From contig NC_091979.1 of the NCBI RefSeq assembly GCF_044704955.1, positions 109,926,001-109,990,000 of the forward strand: a DNA stretch of 64,000 nt. Reading direction: 5' to 3'. The position numbers were made by a program, and so were the translations under genes. The stretch comes from Pristiophorus japonicus (lineage: Eukaryota). The notes under the pieces are model-generated. The model did not search any database. It was not told the origin of the DNA and saw only the letters and a program-made list of their open reading frames with translations. Positions 23,102 to 35,510 of the stretch are shown in pieces; position 1 is the stretch's first letter; every line of letters starts with the position of its first letter.

Positions 23102-26100
23102 TGTCATGTATCTCACACTACTGTACATAACTGTATCTTACCATGCTATACATGACTGTAACAAGAGATGACCTGTAACCACAAGCTTACCTTACCACCA
23201 GGGGTGCACTTGCAGGAGACACTGGATACCTGTCCCAGACAGGTATTTAAGCACAGGTCTCAGATAAAGGTGCAGGTCCTGAGTGACCTTGACTTCAGTA
23301 TGTGCCTCATGTGAATCTGTACTGCAGGGACAGGACTTTACAGTGGCGACGAGTTACGGGATTACAGAATCCACAGATTGGCGAACAACGGCTCAGATGA
23401 AAAATACAATGCTGGAGGTAATTGGGAGGGCTTTATAGAAAGGCTCCAGCAAAGCTTTGTAACCAAAGACTGGTTTGGCGATGACAAGGCAGACAAGAGA
23501 AGAGCCCATCTCTTGACCAGCTGTGGCTCGAAAAGATAAGATTTAATGAAGGACCTGCTGGCACCCAAGAAACCAGCAAGCAAGTCGTTTGAAGAGTTGA
23601 GCACACTGGTAAGAGACCACCTGAAGCCAGCGAGCAGCCTACACATGGCCAGACACAGGTTCGACAACTACAGACGCTGTGTGGGTCAGAGCATACCCGA
23701 CTTCGTGGCGGAACTTCGGAGGTTGGCTAACTTATGTGAGTTCTCCGATGAACTAAGGAGAGAAGTACTGAGAGACTTTTTTATTGAAGAAATAGGCCAC
23801 GCAGGCATATTCCGAAAGCTCACAGAAACCAAGAACTTGACCCTAGAGGCAGCAGCACTGGTTGCACAGATATTCTTGGCAGGAGAAGAAGAAATGAGGT
23901 TGATCAATACTGCGGGTACGACAACTAACGAAACATCGGAACAAGGGGTTCACAGCGTGAAACAAGCCGCTACCCCCACACACAGACAAAGGCAGGAGAG
24001 CAGGCCCTCAACAGCAGGCAGTGGCGCCAGAAGCCATCAAGAGCCACATGAATGGCCATTCACACCTCATCAACCCACAATGCGAGCAATCAACTACAAA
24101 CTGAGAGAAGCTCATGAGAGATCAGCCAGACGCAGCTCATTCTTTGGAAACAATGGAAGCTGTCTGTGCTGGAGATGTGGGGGAAGGCACTCATCAAGGG
24201 GGTGTCGATTTCAGCATGCTTTTTGCAGAAACTGCGACTATACAGGGCATCTGGTCCGCATGTGCAGAAAAATGGCAGCTCGGCTGGTATACGAATCGGA
24301 AGGGTCGGAAAACGGACCAGAAGACGGTGGGGACAGTACCCGGGACACCGATGTACAGCGGGTCAACACGATCAATGGCCGCTGCTCCTACAACAAGACG
24401 GCTCCAATAATGATGAGGGTGCTACTCAACGGGATACCCGTCAACATGGAGCTGGATACAGGAGGGAGTCAATCTCTCATGAGCGCTCCACAATTTGAAC
24501 AGCTGTGGCCGCACAAAAGAGACAGACCAAAACTCACAAGGGTCGATACCAAACTAAGGATCTATACAAAGAAATCGTCCCAGTCCTCGGCAGCGACATG
24601 CTCTCAGTCACACACAAAGGGACAGTGAACCGACTTCCCCTGTGGATTGTCCCCGGAGATCTCCCAGCACTGCTGGGGAGAAGCTGGCTGGCAAAACTAA
24701 ACTGGAAATGGGATGATGTTCACGCCATGTCGTCAGAGGAATGGACCTCCTGCTCAACAGTTCTAAGTCGATTTGAACATCTCTTTCAGCCAGGTGTGGG
24801 CATCTTCAAAGGGGCTAAAGTCAAAATCTACATCACACAGGATGCTAGACCGGTCCATCACAAGGCTAGAGCTGTGCCCTATGTGATGAGGGAAAAGATT
24901 GAACATGAACTGGACAGGCTGCTGCGGGAAGGTATTATCTCACCCATGGAATTTAGCGACTGGGCAAGTCCCATCGTCCCAGTCATGAAGCCTGATGGAT
25001 CCGTACGAATCTGTGGGGACTACAAATCTACCATAAACAGAGTCTCTCTACAGGACCAATACCCGCTGCCCAGAGCGGAGGACTTAATTGCCACATTGGC
25101 TGGAGGAAAACTTTTCTCAAAACTAGATCTCACATCTGCGTATATGACGCAAGAACTGACCGAAGAGTCTAAGCTACTCACCACCATCAACACACATCGA
25201 GGCCTTTTCATGTACAATCGATGCCCATTCGGCATCAGGTCGGCAGCTGCTATATTCCAGCGCAACATGGAGAGTCTGCTCAAGTCCATCCCGGGGACGG
25301 TTGTATTTCAAGACGACATACTTATCACGGGCAGGGACACCAACTCCCATCTCCGCAATTTGGAGGAAGTACTAAAGCGGTTGGATCGGGTAGGCCTAGG
25401 AGTTAAGAAATCCAAGTGCCTGTTTCTCGCGCCCGAGGTTGAATTTTTGGGCAGAAGGATTGCCGCTGATGGAATCTGCCCAACAGAGTCCAAAACCGAT
25501 GCAATTCGCCTGGCACCCAGACCCCAGAATGTCTCAGAACTGCGCGCCTTTCTCGGGCTACTCAACTACTTTGGGAACTTTATGCAGAACTTAAGCACGC
25601 TGCTGGAGCCTCTCCACGTGCTACTCAGGAAGGGGTGCGATTGGTTTTGGGGGGACGCCCAGGAACGCGCCTTCAATAAGGCACGCAACCTTCTGTGTTC
25701 CAACAGTGTTTTCTTTGATCCAGGTAAAAAGCTAGTTCTTACATGTGATGCGTCAGCGTATGGGGTCGGGTGCATTTTACAACATGTCAATAGTGCGGGT
25801 AAATTAAAACCCATGGCTAATGCCTCCAGGTCACTTTCGCGGGCGGAGCGCGGGTACGGAATGGTGGAGAAGGAGGCGCTCGCGTGCGTGTACGGTGTCA
25901 AAAAGATGCACCAATACCTTTTCGGGGCCAAGTTCACGTTAGAAACCGACCACAAGCCCCTTACGTCCCTACTATCCGAAAGCAAGGCAATAAACGCCAA
26001 CGCCTCAGCACGCATTCAACGGTGGGCACTCATGCTGGCGTCTTACGATTACACCATAAGGCACAGACCAGGCACAGACAACTGTGCCGATGCGCTTAGC

Positions 26101-27844
26101 AGGCTACCCCTGGCGACCACGGAAGGGTCTGATGAACAGGACTGTGAAATAGTCATAGCAATCAATGCCTTTGAGTCCACAGGTTCGCCCATGACAGCTC
26201 GCCAAATCAGAGCATGGACGACCAGCGAACCCACGTTATCCCTAGTAAAAAGATGTGTCCTAACCAGTGACTGGGCAGAGGCTCGCGATGTCTGCACTGA
26301 GGAGATCAAACCTTTCCATAGCCGCATGCATGAGCTGTCACTTCAAGCAGAGTGCCTGATGTGGGGCAGCCGAGTAGTTATGCCCCTGCGAGGCAGAGAG
26401 GCATTTGTCCGGGAGCTCCATTGCGAGCACCCGGGGATCGTTCTGATGAAGGCCATAGCCAGATCCCACATCTGGTGGCCTGGTATTGACGCGGACTTGG
26501 AGGTCTGCGTCCGACGGTGCACCATTTGTGCCCAACTCAGTAATGCCCCCAGGGAGGCCCCCCTGGCCCTGGCCCACCAAACCGTGGTCGCGGGTGCAAG
26601 TAGACTATGCGGGCCCATTCATGGGCAAAATGTTCCTCGTAGTTGTAGATGCATTTTCTAAGTGGATCAAATGCACCATTTTAAACTCGAGCACCACCTC
26701 CACCACTGTGGAGAGCCTTGGAACCATGTTCGCAACGCACGGCATTCCTGACATATTGGTCAGTGATAATGGTCCGTGCTTCACCAATGCAGAATTCCAA
26801 GATTTTATAAGTGGCCACAGCATAAATCATGTTAAGACGGCACCGTTCAAGCCGGCGTCCAACGGCCAGGCGGAACGAGCAGTGCAGATCATTAAACAAG
26901 CATGCTCAAAATCCAAGGTCCCAAGCTGCAGGGCCGCCTGCCGCGACTGCCGCTGGCATACAGATCTCATCCACATTCATTGACTGGAGTTCCCCCCGCG
27001 CAACTATTAATGAAATGGACCTTAAAGACAAGGCTCTCAATAATCCTCCCAGACATGCATGAAATCGTTGAGGCAGAGCGCCATAAGCTAACCGAGTACC
27101 ATGACCGAAATTCGAGGGGGAGGTAGAATGAGATAGGGGACAAAGTGTTTGTGCTAAACTATGGCAGGGGTCCCAAATGGCTTGCAGGGACAGTAACAGG
27201 CAAGGAAGGAAACAGGCTACTGGTGGTATAAATGGACAATGGCCAAACCTGCCGGAGGCATGTAGACCAAGTCAAAAGTAGATTTACCAACACTGCTGAA
27301 CCAGAGACAGTCTACAATGTGGAACTCACACCACACCTCATGGACGGACAGAGGGAGCAACCTGAGGAAAGGGCAATCCCAACAGACAGCCCAGGCGCGA
27401 CACCAACAATCATACTGAACGAAACAGACAGCCCAGGTGAGATACCAGCAATCACCCCAAAAGAACAACAGGCACCAAGGCAAACAACTGAACCACAACT
27501 AAGACGCTCCACGCGAGAGCGTAGACGACCTGAGAGACTGAACCTATAAAGACAATAAGACCTTGGGGGAGGGTGATGTCATGTATCTCACACTACTGTA
27601 CATAACTGTATCTTACCATGCTGTACATGACTGTAACTAAAGATGACTTGTAACCACTAGCTTACCTTACCACCAGGGGTGCACTTCCAGGAGACATTGG
27701 ATACCTGTCCCAGACAGGTATATAAGCACAGGTCTCAGGCAAGTGTGGCATTCGAGAGCTGTGTAATAAAGGTGCAGGTCCTGAGTGACCTTGACTTCAG
27801 TATGCGCCTCGTGTGAATCTGTACTGCAGGGACAGGACTTTACA
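23102..27844 (+). mobile_element. Complete LTR retrotransposon E (Gypsy/Mag-like), best-preserved copy
   Basis: LTRs at 23102-23342 and 27577-27844 (TG..CA), perfect TSD ATAAT, PBS TGGCGACGAG at 23344, PPT GGGGGAGGGTGA. Gag-PR ORF 23546-24628, 718-aa RT-RH-INT ORF 24505-26661, frameshifted integrase ending at 27549. Confidence 0.98.
24505..26661 (+). pseudogene. pol (RT-RNaseH-integrase N-terminus) open frame of element E
   Basis: [47 protein letters not shown] and the integrase HHCC motif. Bounded by frameshifts. Confidence 0.9.
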
Positions 27845-28055
27845 ATAATGCTTAACTCCTCCCGTGAAAGCAGTTTGAAAATTACAACAACAGCAGAGAC
27901 TGATAAAAGGCACACACCTTTGAAAGCATTAAGATTAGAAATGCTACTCCAATTAAGCAAAACACTAAACTGCAACTTAAATCTGTTGGCAACAGAATAA
28001 CCATGATTTGCTGTTCCTTCATCAAATTATTGATACCCAACTAATACCAAACTAT

Positions 28056-28938
28056 CGGCTCAATTTTCCCCAGTGATTTGCGCCGTTCTTTTGGCGTGCG
28101 CTGTTTTTTTGGGCCGAAGTTTATTAAAAAATACAAGTTTCCCCAATCAATGTGCGCCAGCATAACTCAGTTAGTTACAATTTTTTTAGGGTAGTTTTTT
28201 TTGTGTCATGGGGACGTAACCTGCCACCTGTGCCAATTCTGGCCATTTAAACAAGTTTGGCCAGCTCTGATTTACTCCAAGTCTTCTTGGGCCGGCATAT
28301 GTGGCCTCTGTGGAAACATCTTCTGGTGAGTTAAGAAAATCAGCATAGGTAAGTAAATCATTGCAGCAGATGTCGTTCCAGGGCCCGGACAGCAGCAGCA
28401 CAGAGGTGAGAGAGCGTGGGAGAGAGGAGGAGAAGCCTTTCAGGCATAGTTAGGAGTGGAGACCGGGAGGGAGGAGGTTGTTCGGCCATGGATAGGAGCA
28501 GGGACCGGGAGGGGGGGAAACCATTCGGTCAGGGATAGGAGCGGGCACCAGGACCGGGAGACCATTCGGCCTGGGATAGGAGCGGGGACCGGCACCAGCA
28601 TCGGGGTGGGGGAGGGGGAGATAGACTTTTGTCATTACACTTTGATAATTTAATGGAGATAAGTTGCTCCAGTGTTTAATGTGATTGTGCAGGTTGCTGT
28701 GATCTGACTGTATGTTTCACTTTCCAGCCTGTGTCCCTGGTTACCGTGGCAATCTGATCTTTTTGGTGCCGATCTTGGGCTCCAACCTCAAAACTAAGCG
28801 ATAGGCTAGGCGGCACCAAAATGAAGAATTCAAACGGGGAAACTTGGATGATTTTTTTTTTGGTGTATCTGGGCCCCCAAAAAATGGGTACAACTCTTCA
28901 AGTATGCCAAAAAACAAGCTTTGGGGAAAATTGAACCC
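28056..28938. mobile_element. Non-autonomous Harbinger derivative (MITE-like) related to the element at 58526-62347
   Basis: TIRs (C)GGCTCAATTTTCCCC / GGGGAAAATTGAACCC. The subterminal motif GCCAGC.TAACTCAGTTAGTTAC is shared with 58620-58650. Flanks TAT/CAT. Internal short G-rich tandem repeats at about 28455-28600. Confidence 0.85.
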
Positions 28939-29399
28939 CATGATCGTACACATAAAAATGTTACTTCTGTTGAAGTGCATCAGGATCTTATTCTCAAAAG
29001 TCAACTGTGTAAAGTATATATCTGATATCTGTCAATATATACCTAAATGAATTACATAATCCAAGGAACACAAATTATATTTCTGTATAAGATTATATGT
29101 TCCAAATATTCTTCAGCCTAGAAATTTGATTGCGTCAGAAAACAGGCGCGTAGTGGGTGGGGTGTGCATTGCATGCGCCTGTTAATGTTGTTCCAGGCAG
29201 CACATAATATTTGTGCCTCGTGCTCATTATAATGAATCAGATATACAGCAAGCACTGTCCATACTATTCATTGGCTGCACGCCTGTTTGTTGGAGTCAGA
29301 AATCGGATGCCTCTGATACCACTTAAAGGCAGCCGGCACCTTTTAAAGCGAAGGTGCACTCATCAGGGATATACTTGAAGGGAAGGTTTTTTTTTATTA

Positions 29400-29645
29400 C
29401 TCGTCAGGTGGGTGTCACTTGCAAGGCCAGCATTTATTGCCCATCACTAGTTGCGCTTGAGAAGGTGGTGGTGAGCCACCTTCTTGACCACTGCAGTTCA
29501 TGTGGTGAAGGTACTCCCACAGTGCTGTTAGATAGGGAGTTCGAGGTTTTTGGCCCAGTGACGATGAAGGAACAGCGATATATATGTTCAAGGATGGGGC
29601 ACCGATCAAGCGGACTGCTTTGCCCTTGATAGTGTCGAGTTTCTT
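29400..29645 (-). mobile_element. 3' fragment of a non-CR1 LINE
   Basis: GGCCAGCATTTATTGCCCATC..GAGAAGGTGGTGGTGAGCC resembles a recurrent chondrichthyan LINE 3' end (from recall; clade uncertain). Confidence 0.5.
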
Positions 29646-30315
29646 TTCAGAGTTTATGCATCTGTAGCCATACAGACATGGAGAATATGCGGCTGGTCCA
29701 GTTGAGTTGCTGAGCAGGCGTTTCTACTCCTGGAACTGACAATCTCAGCCACCCCTCACCAGGCCTGGTGAACATCCATTTTTGGAATCTCCCTGCTACT
29801 GGTGGGAAAGAGACCCTGACTCCTAACGCTTATTTCTTCGACCATGACCTCCAGGGAGGCTTCAGAAAACCCGGGGGTTGGCCTGCAATTAATTTATGAC
29901 CAATTTCTTTCTTGCAGCAGTGAAATAGTGAAACTAGCCAGATGGGACTGCAGCCTACCTTTAAGAGGTGCATTCCTGCATTAAAAAGGCCTTCGCAGAA
30001 CCATCAGAAATGCCGCCCAGAAAATGTGCAGGCTTCCCATTCTCAAAACGATCAGGTGGGATACCTACCAGTCAAAATAAATGAGGCTCGGGAGTTAAAT
30101 TAGCCCAAGCCTGAAATTTAGGCAAGAGATTCCGTTTTGCGCTTTCCCCCCATTCACCCGCCTGTCCGAAACCATTCCGGATTAAAGTCAACTTCAGTAT
30201 GATTTTAGTCGAAACTAAGACAGAGGCATTGCTGGTTCTAGTTCTCAGAAATGAAGTAGGTAATGTAAGGATAGCGAAATAAGTAAGAAATAAATACCAT
30301 TATATAATTAGATTA

Positions 30316-31545
30316 CAGCCATGGCTCAGTGGGTAGCACATGTGTCTCTGAGTCAGAAGGTTGTGGGTTCAAGTCCCACTCCAGGAACTTAAGCACATAA
30401 ATGTAAGCTAACACGCCAGTGCAGTGCTGAGGGAGTCATTATCATCATCATAGGCAGTCCCTCGAAATCGAGGAAAACTTGCTTCCGACTCTAAAACTGA
30501 GTTCTCAGGTGACTGTACAGTCCAATACAGGAGCTACAGTCTCTGTCACAGATGGGACAGACAGTTGTTGAAGGAAAGGGTGGGTGGGACTGGTTTGCCA
30601 CACGCTCCTTCCGCTGCCTGCCTTTGTTTTCTGCATAGACTCGACGTGTTCAGCACCCTCCCGGATGCTCTTCCTCCACTTAGTGCGGCCTTTGGAGGGA
30701 TTCCCAGGTGTCGGTGGGGATGTTGCACTTTATCAATGAGGCTTTGAGGGTGTCTTTGAAACATTTCCTCTACCCACCTGGGGCTTGCTTGCCGTGTAGA
30801 AGTTCCGAGTAGAGCAGTTGCTTTGGGAGTCTTGTGTCGGGCATGCGACGAAGTGGCCAATCCAACGGAGCTGGTCGAGTGTGGTCAGTGCTTCGACGCT
30901 GGGGATTTTGGCCTGATGAAGAACACTGACGTTGGTGCGTCGATCCTCCCAGGGGATTTGCGGGATCTTGCGGAGGCAGCGCTGTTGGTACTTCTCTAGT
31001 GCTTTCAGGTGTCCACTGTATACGGTCCACGTCGCTGAACAATACAGGAGGGCGGGTATCACTTCAGCCCTGTAGACCATAAGCTTGGTGCCAGATTTGA
31101 GATCCTGGTCTTCGAACACCATCTTCCCAGGCGCATGTGGGAGGCGGTGTTGGACCTCGTCGTCGATGTCTGACCTTGCTGAAGTATGGAAAGTGAGGGA
31201 AGTGCTGCACTGTGGGAGGTGCCGTCTTTCGAATGAAACGTTAAACCAAGGCCCCATCTGCTCTCTCAGGTGGACATAAAAGATCCCATGACACTATTTT
31301 GAAGAAGAGCAGGGGAGTTATTCCCGGTATCCTGGCCAACATTTATCGCTCAATCAACATAACAAAAACAGATTATCTGGTTATTATCACAATGATGTTT
31401 GTGGGAGCCTGTTGTGTGCAAATTGGCTGCCGCGTTTCCAACATTACAACAGTGATTACTCTCCAAAAAGTACTTCATTGGCTGTAAAACAGTTTGAGAC
31501 ATCCGGTGGGCGTGAAAGACCGCTATATAAATGCAAGTTTTCCTC
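30316..31545 (+). mobile_element. tRNA-derived Deu-domain SINE (SacSINE1-like), split by an RTE insertion
   Basis: A box TGGCTCAGTGG and B box GGTTCAAGTCC. Deu core AAAAGATCCCATG..GAAGAAGAGCAGGGGAG at about 31277-31320. Colinear with the copy at 43640-44112. Confidence 0.88.
30437..31193 (-). mobile_element. RTE-clade LINE 3' fragment
   Basis: TKLMVYRAEVIPALLYC..TW..LKALEKYQQRCLRKI and RMPDTRLPKQLLYSEL motifs; (TGA)n tail. Approximate TSD TGAGGGAGT / TGAGGGAAGT. Confidence 0.88.
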
Positions 31546-31699
31546 TTATTTCTTCAGATTCATTATAAAAATTGAAAGGGAGAATGAATAGTCAAAGATA
31601 AAGGTACTTGATTGGAAAAAATAAATTTCAATAAATAAAAAGGCAACTAGCTGAATTGGCAAGAAAAGCTCTCTGATAAGACAATGGATTCTCAGTTTG

Positions 31700-32090
31700 A
31701 TAAAAAAGGAACATGGAGTACAAAAGCAAAGAGGTAATGCTGAAGCTATACAGCCCATTGGTTAGGCTACGGCTAGAATATTGTATCCAGTTTTGGGTAC
31801 TTTAGTTTAGTAAGGATGTCAAGGTTCAGGAGAGGGTCCAGAAGAGATTTACTAAGGCAGCACCAAGAAGCACAGGCTTTAGTAATGAGGAAGGACGACA
31901 GAAAGAGGTGCTCTTTTTATTACACAAAGAAGGCTAAGAGGATCTGATAGAGGTGTTCAAATGTAAGAGAGTTTTTGAAAAGGTAAAAAGGGAAATACTA
32001 TTTCAACTGGTCAGTAAGATGGTAACTAAAGGGCATACATTTAAAATCACCACCAATCTAATGCAGATAGAGGTCAGAATTTATTTTTGC
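31700..32090 (+). mobile_element. Old CR1 RT C-terminal fragment
   Basis: Degenerate version of the EYKS..LVRPHLEYCVQFW region seen in the other CR1 copies here. Confidence 0.7.
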
Positions 32091-32660
32091 GCAGCCTATT
32101 TCAGGTATGCACGAATACCTTCCACACTCCCACCTTACCCAAAATCTGTGCAGAAAACTCCTTAGTATTATTCATGCTGTATTTGAAATCTTAGCCTTAT
32201 CTACCACCCTACATAATTCTGCATATGTTTTTCATGTCCACCATTCATAAGGTAAAATTTATTTTATCTCTCTTCTGATAATTTGTGTAAACCTATTCTT
32301 GTAAGGAGCAATTCTCCAAGCAACATTGACTAATGCACCAATAGTCTGTTAACTTGTGCTCCCAATGTATTAAAACTATCTACATTTTTACTAAAATTAG
32401 CAGATAGCAAAATGACCATAAACTGTTATGATGTTTGCGTAACAGCATAGAAGCAGATAAAACAAAGAATGAGGCCTTTATCTACAAAGCTCTGGAAGTA
32501 AGGTGAGATTCGGGGAGACAGTAGAGAATTCTTAGCTTGGCCATGGCATCAAAAGGAAAATTCCTTCCGTTTACTGTTGTGCACAGTGGACAAAGAAAGC
32601 ATTTTTGCTGATACAAGACAGTTTACAATTGCATCCCCGTACTGCTTATGGTATTTTTAC

Positions 32661-32866
32661 CTTTCAACAAACTCTTCAAAGAGGATGCGATGAGAATATC
32701 CTTGTGCACGAATGCGTATGGTTTCCAAAATGCCAGTGTACCGCAGTTGAACCAGTACTCTTTCTTCAAAAAATTTCTCTGCTTGTCGATCATCATTGGG
32801 TTTGATGCAACGGACAAAGTGAGGCTGTCCAACCACCATTTTAGACAGGAGATCCATTAACGAATA
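32661..32866 (-). CDS. MYO3B: Myosin IIIB motor-domain exon (206 nt)
   Basis: Encodes [28 protein letters not shown]...[25 protein letters not shown] with cag/gtaaaa splice sites. [12 protein letters not shown] fits MYO3B rather than MYO3A (from recall). Confidence 0.93.
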
Positions 32867-33544
32867 CTGCCAGGTAAGAAGAAAAATATCCACCTGAAAA
32901 ACTGTTTGTTGGCTCGTAGCTGATCAATTGCTTCTATTGACATGGTATATTCCTAACTTATTTACAAATATTTTTTGTTCAAGGAATTTTTTTGCAAACC
33001 ATCTGATGCCGATAAAGGGAGCTTGGGGCAAAATAAATAAGTAAAGCTGCACCTGGCACCTGGCACTAAAGCTCATGAAAGTGTCAAACAGAAACAACCC
33101 CCTCACCGCCCGCCCCCCCCCATCGCCCCCCACCCACCGGCCGCAAAAAAATTACAATGAGGTCCTTTAACAGGCCTAATGAGAGTGAATGGGCCCTTTA
33201 AATGCCCCGCTGCCTAAGGCTTTAACCCCTGCCAGGTTTAATCTAAACCCCTTGAGATTATTTTCATTTGATCACTTTTACCAATTATTCTCTATTTATT
33301 TCACAATTTATTCGAGTTATTTGGTGCCATATATTTATAATTAAATTTTTTACTAAAATACTTCTTTCAGTAAAAGTCAAAGAATAGTTTTGGAATATAA
33401 ACAAGAAAACAAAAGCATCTGCACAAGAACCTTACCATTCTGTATCATAGTCCCCATAATGCTCTCTTTTGAGCTCTACAGTGCCACTCAAAATGTAGGT
33501 GCTTCAAAATGATTGCAGTCTTTCTTTTAAAATATTTGCTGCAA

Positions 33545-33698
33545 CAACAACAACTTACATTCTTATAGCGCCTTTATGTTGTAAAGCGTCCCAAGGCGAT
33601 TCATAGGAGAGTTATAAAATAAACTTTGACACTGAGTTACTAAGGAGAAATTAGGGCAGATGGCCAAAAGCTTGGTCAAAGAGGTAGGTTTTAAGGAT
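33545..33698 (-). mobile_element. L2-type LINE 3' tail
   Basis: CAACAACAACTT.CATT..TATAGCGCCTT..CCCAAGGCG pattern. The same tail type ends the Deu SINEs in this window. Confidence 0.65.
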
Positions 33699-33709
33699 TG
33701 ATACTTTAC

Positions 33710-33787
33710 CCTGAAGTAAGAAGCCACAGTTTGCCTTTTCATGTTTGTTGTTTCTTCAGGATGTCGCATAACTTCCATTGTATCAGC
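33710..33787 (-). CDS. MYO3B: Myosin IIIB exon (78 nt)
   Basis: Encodes [26 protein letters not shown]; cag/gtaaag splice sites; phase 0-0, joins in frame to YSLMDLL. Confidence 0.93.
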
Positions 33788-35510
33788 CTGGTTACAGAAC
33801 AGTAAAAATTCAATATATGTCAGCAAAATATAGATTAAAAAAACAACTTAACCTCCTAGAACTGGTACCTGTGGACAGAGTGATAAAATTAACAATATAA
33901 TAAAAATGCAGAGAATCAGCAGCTGAGAGTCAATAAAAGGAATCAAAGAAATCAAAGGATACTAGCTTAAAGGCATATAGTGGATATTAAAATAGAACTC
34001 AATTCAGATTTTTAATATTAACCCAACATAAAATGTGCCCTTAATAAAAATTCTATCTTCAAAGCAGCTCTATTAAGCATACAATATTAACATTTTGATG
34101 ATCTTATACTTTTCAAACAATATATTTCATTAAAGCTAATGAAGCACTAAAATGAATGGCTTCAGATTTATGTTTACATTACCATCATAAGTAGTGGTAT
34201 GCATTTCTGTCCATTATGTAAATATATCTAGGACATAGGTATGTGTTATATTTAGTGTATAATTGCTTGTTATATGCTGCCATCTAAGAAAACTGAAATA
34301 AATTATAAGTATTCTTTATTTGCGAACTAAGAACTGGATTTACTGGATAATCTACAACAGAATAAATGAACATTCAACAAATTACATATATTCATGAATT
34401 ATGAACATACAATTTATGGAAAATGTATCTGCATACATACGGCAACTTACAAATGTTTTTTAAATTTGAGGAATTTCACATCAATGTATTGGCTTACTAA
34501 CATCCTGAATTACAAAGTGATAGGATACAGTTCCATCTTTGCGACTCCCAGCATGGCAAATTCCTAATACCAGCTGGACCAAAAGAGGAAAACGTCAAGA
34601 TAGTAATGCTTCTCCATAGTGATGGAGGGGAAATCAGAGGATGTATCATCCCAACTCACGCTTGTAAATTTAGCAGTTAGCTACAGAGTAGAATTGGTAG
34701 AAAGGCCTGGAAATAGATCATCTGTTCATTTCTAGACAGAGGAACAGCGCATAGTTAAGGAGATATAACATTGGGAAAAATAAATAGAAACGGAATGTGA
34801 AAGATACATTTTTTGGGTAAAGGCACTGTAAGTTTAAAATGTGCTCAGTAGAAACCAGAAACCAGTTTTATTACAAAAATAAGTTCCCCAACAATATGTT
34901 GCTGTTTGCATCTGTTAGTGTGCATTTTAGAATATACACCAGCAAATGTTTCAATTACAACACTGAAATAAAGACAGATTCTTTGAAAATTCGTGGAAAA
35001 CATTCTGGGCTTTTTCTCAGTTAGCTTTCTAACATGCAAAATCTGATGTCTGTAAATTTGTGATTCAAAAAGTAAATAGAAGAAAATAAATGGATATTTT
35101 GTATGCAAGTAAATTTAACCCTTAAGAGTTAGCTATGAACACTGACATGTTTGCAAATAGCATATAGCTAGTAACTGAAATTTTCTATGTGCATAGATAT
35201 TTCTTTGGCCAAAATACATATAAAGGAAACGAAGAAAAACACTGCTAGCTCATTTGTCCTGTTAAAACCTGTTTAGTTTCGAAAGTATTCCTTAAAATAA
35301 TATGGAACATGCATCCTTTAATGTGCAATAAATTGAATACAGAAAAGGTCGAAAATTGAATGATTTTTAATACAATTACTTTACCAGATTTCTTTCAATT
35401 GTCAAGTTAAGTAAAAATGTATTGTTATGGAAAGTATAACCAAGATTGACAGGATGGGTAAAGCAGACTCGTTTAAGTAACACACCATTGATTTGCAGCT
35501 AAAACACTAG

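Noticed and set aside
23102-27844. Active autonomous retrotransposon or domesticated gene
   Set aside because: It has an early gag stop, frameshifts near 24570, 26570 and 26900, a stop at 27124-27126, and about 4% LTR divergence.
28450-28620. Short spaced repeats resembling a CRISPR array
   Set aside because: These are degenerate tandem repeats inside a eukaryotic MITE, with no unique spacers and no cas genes.
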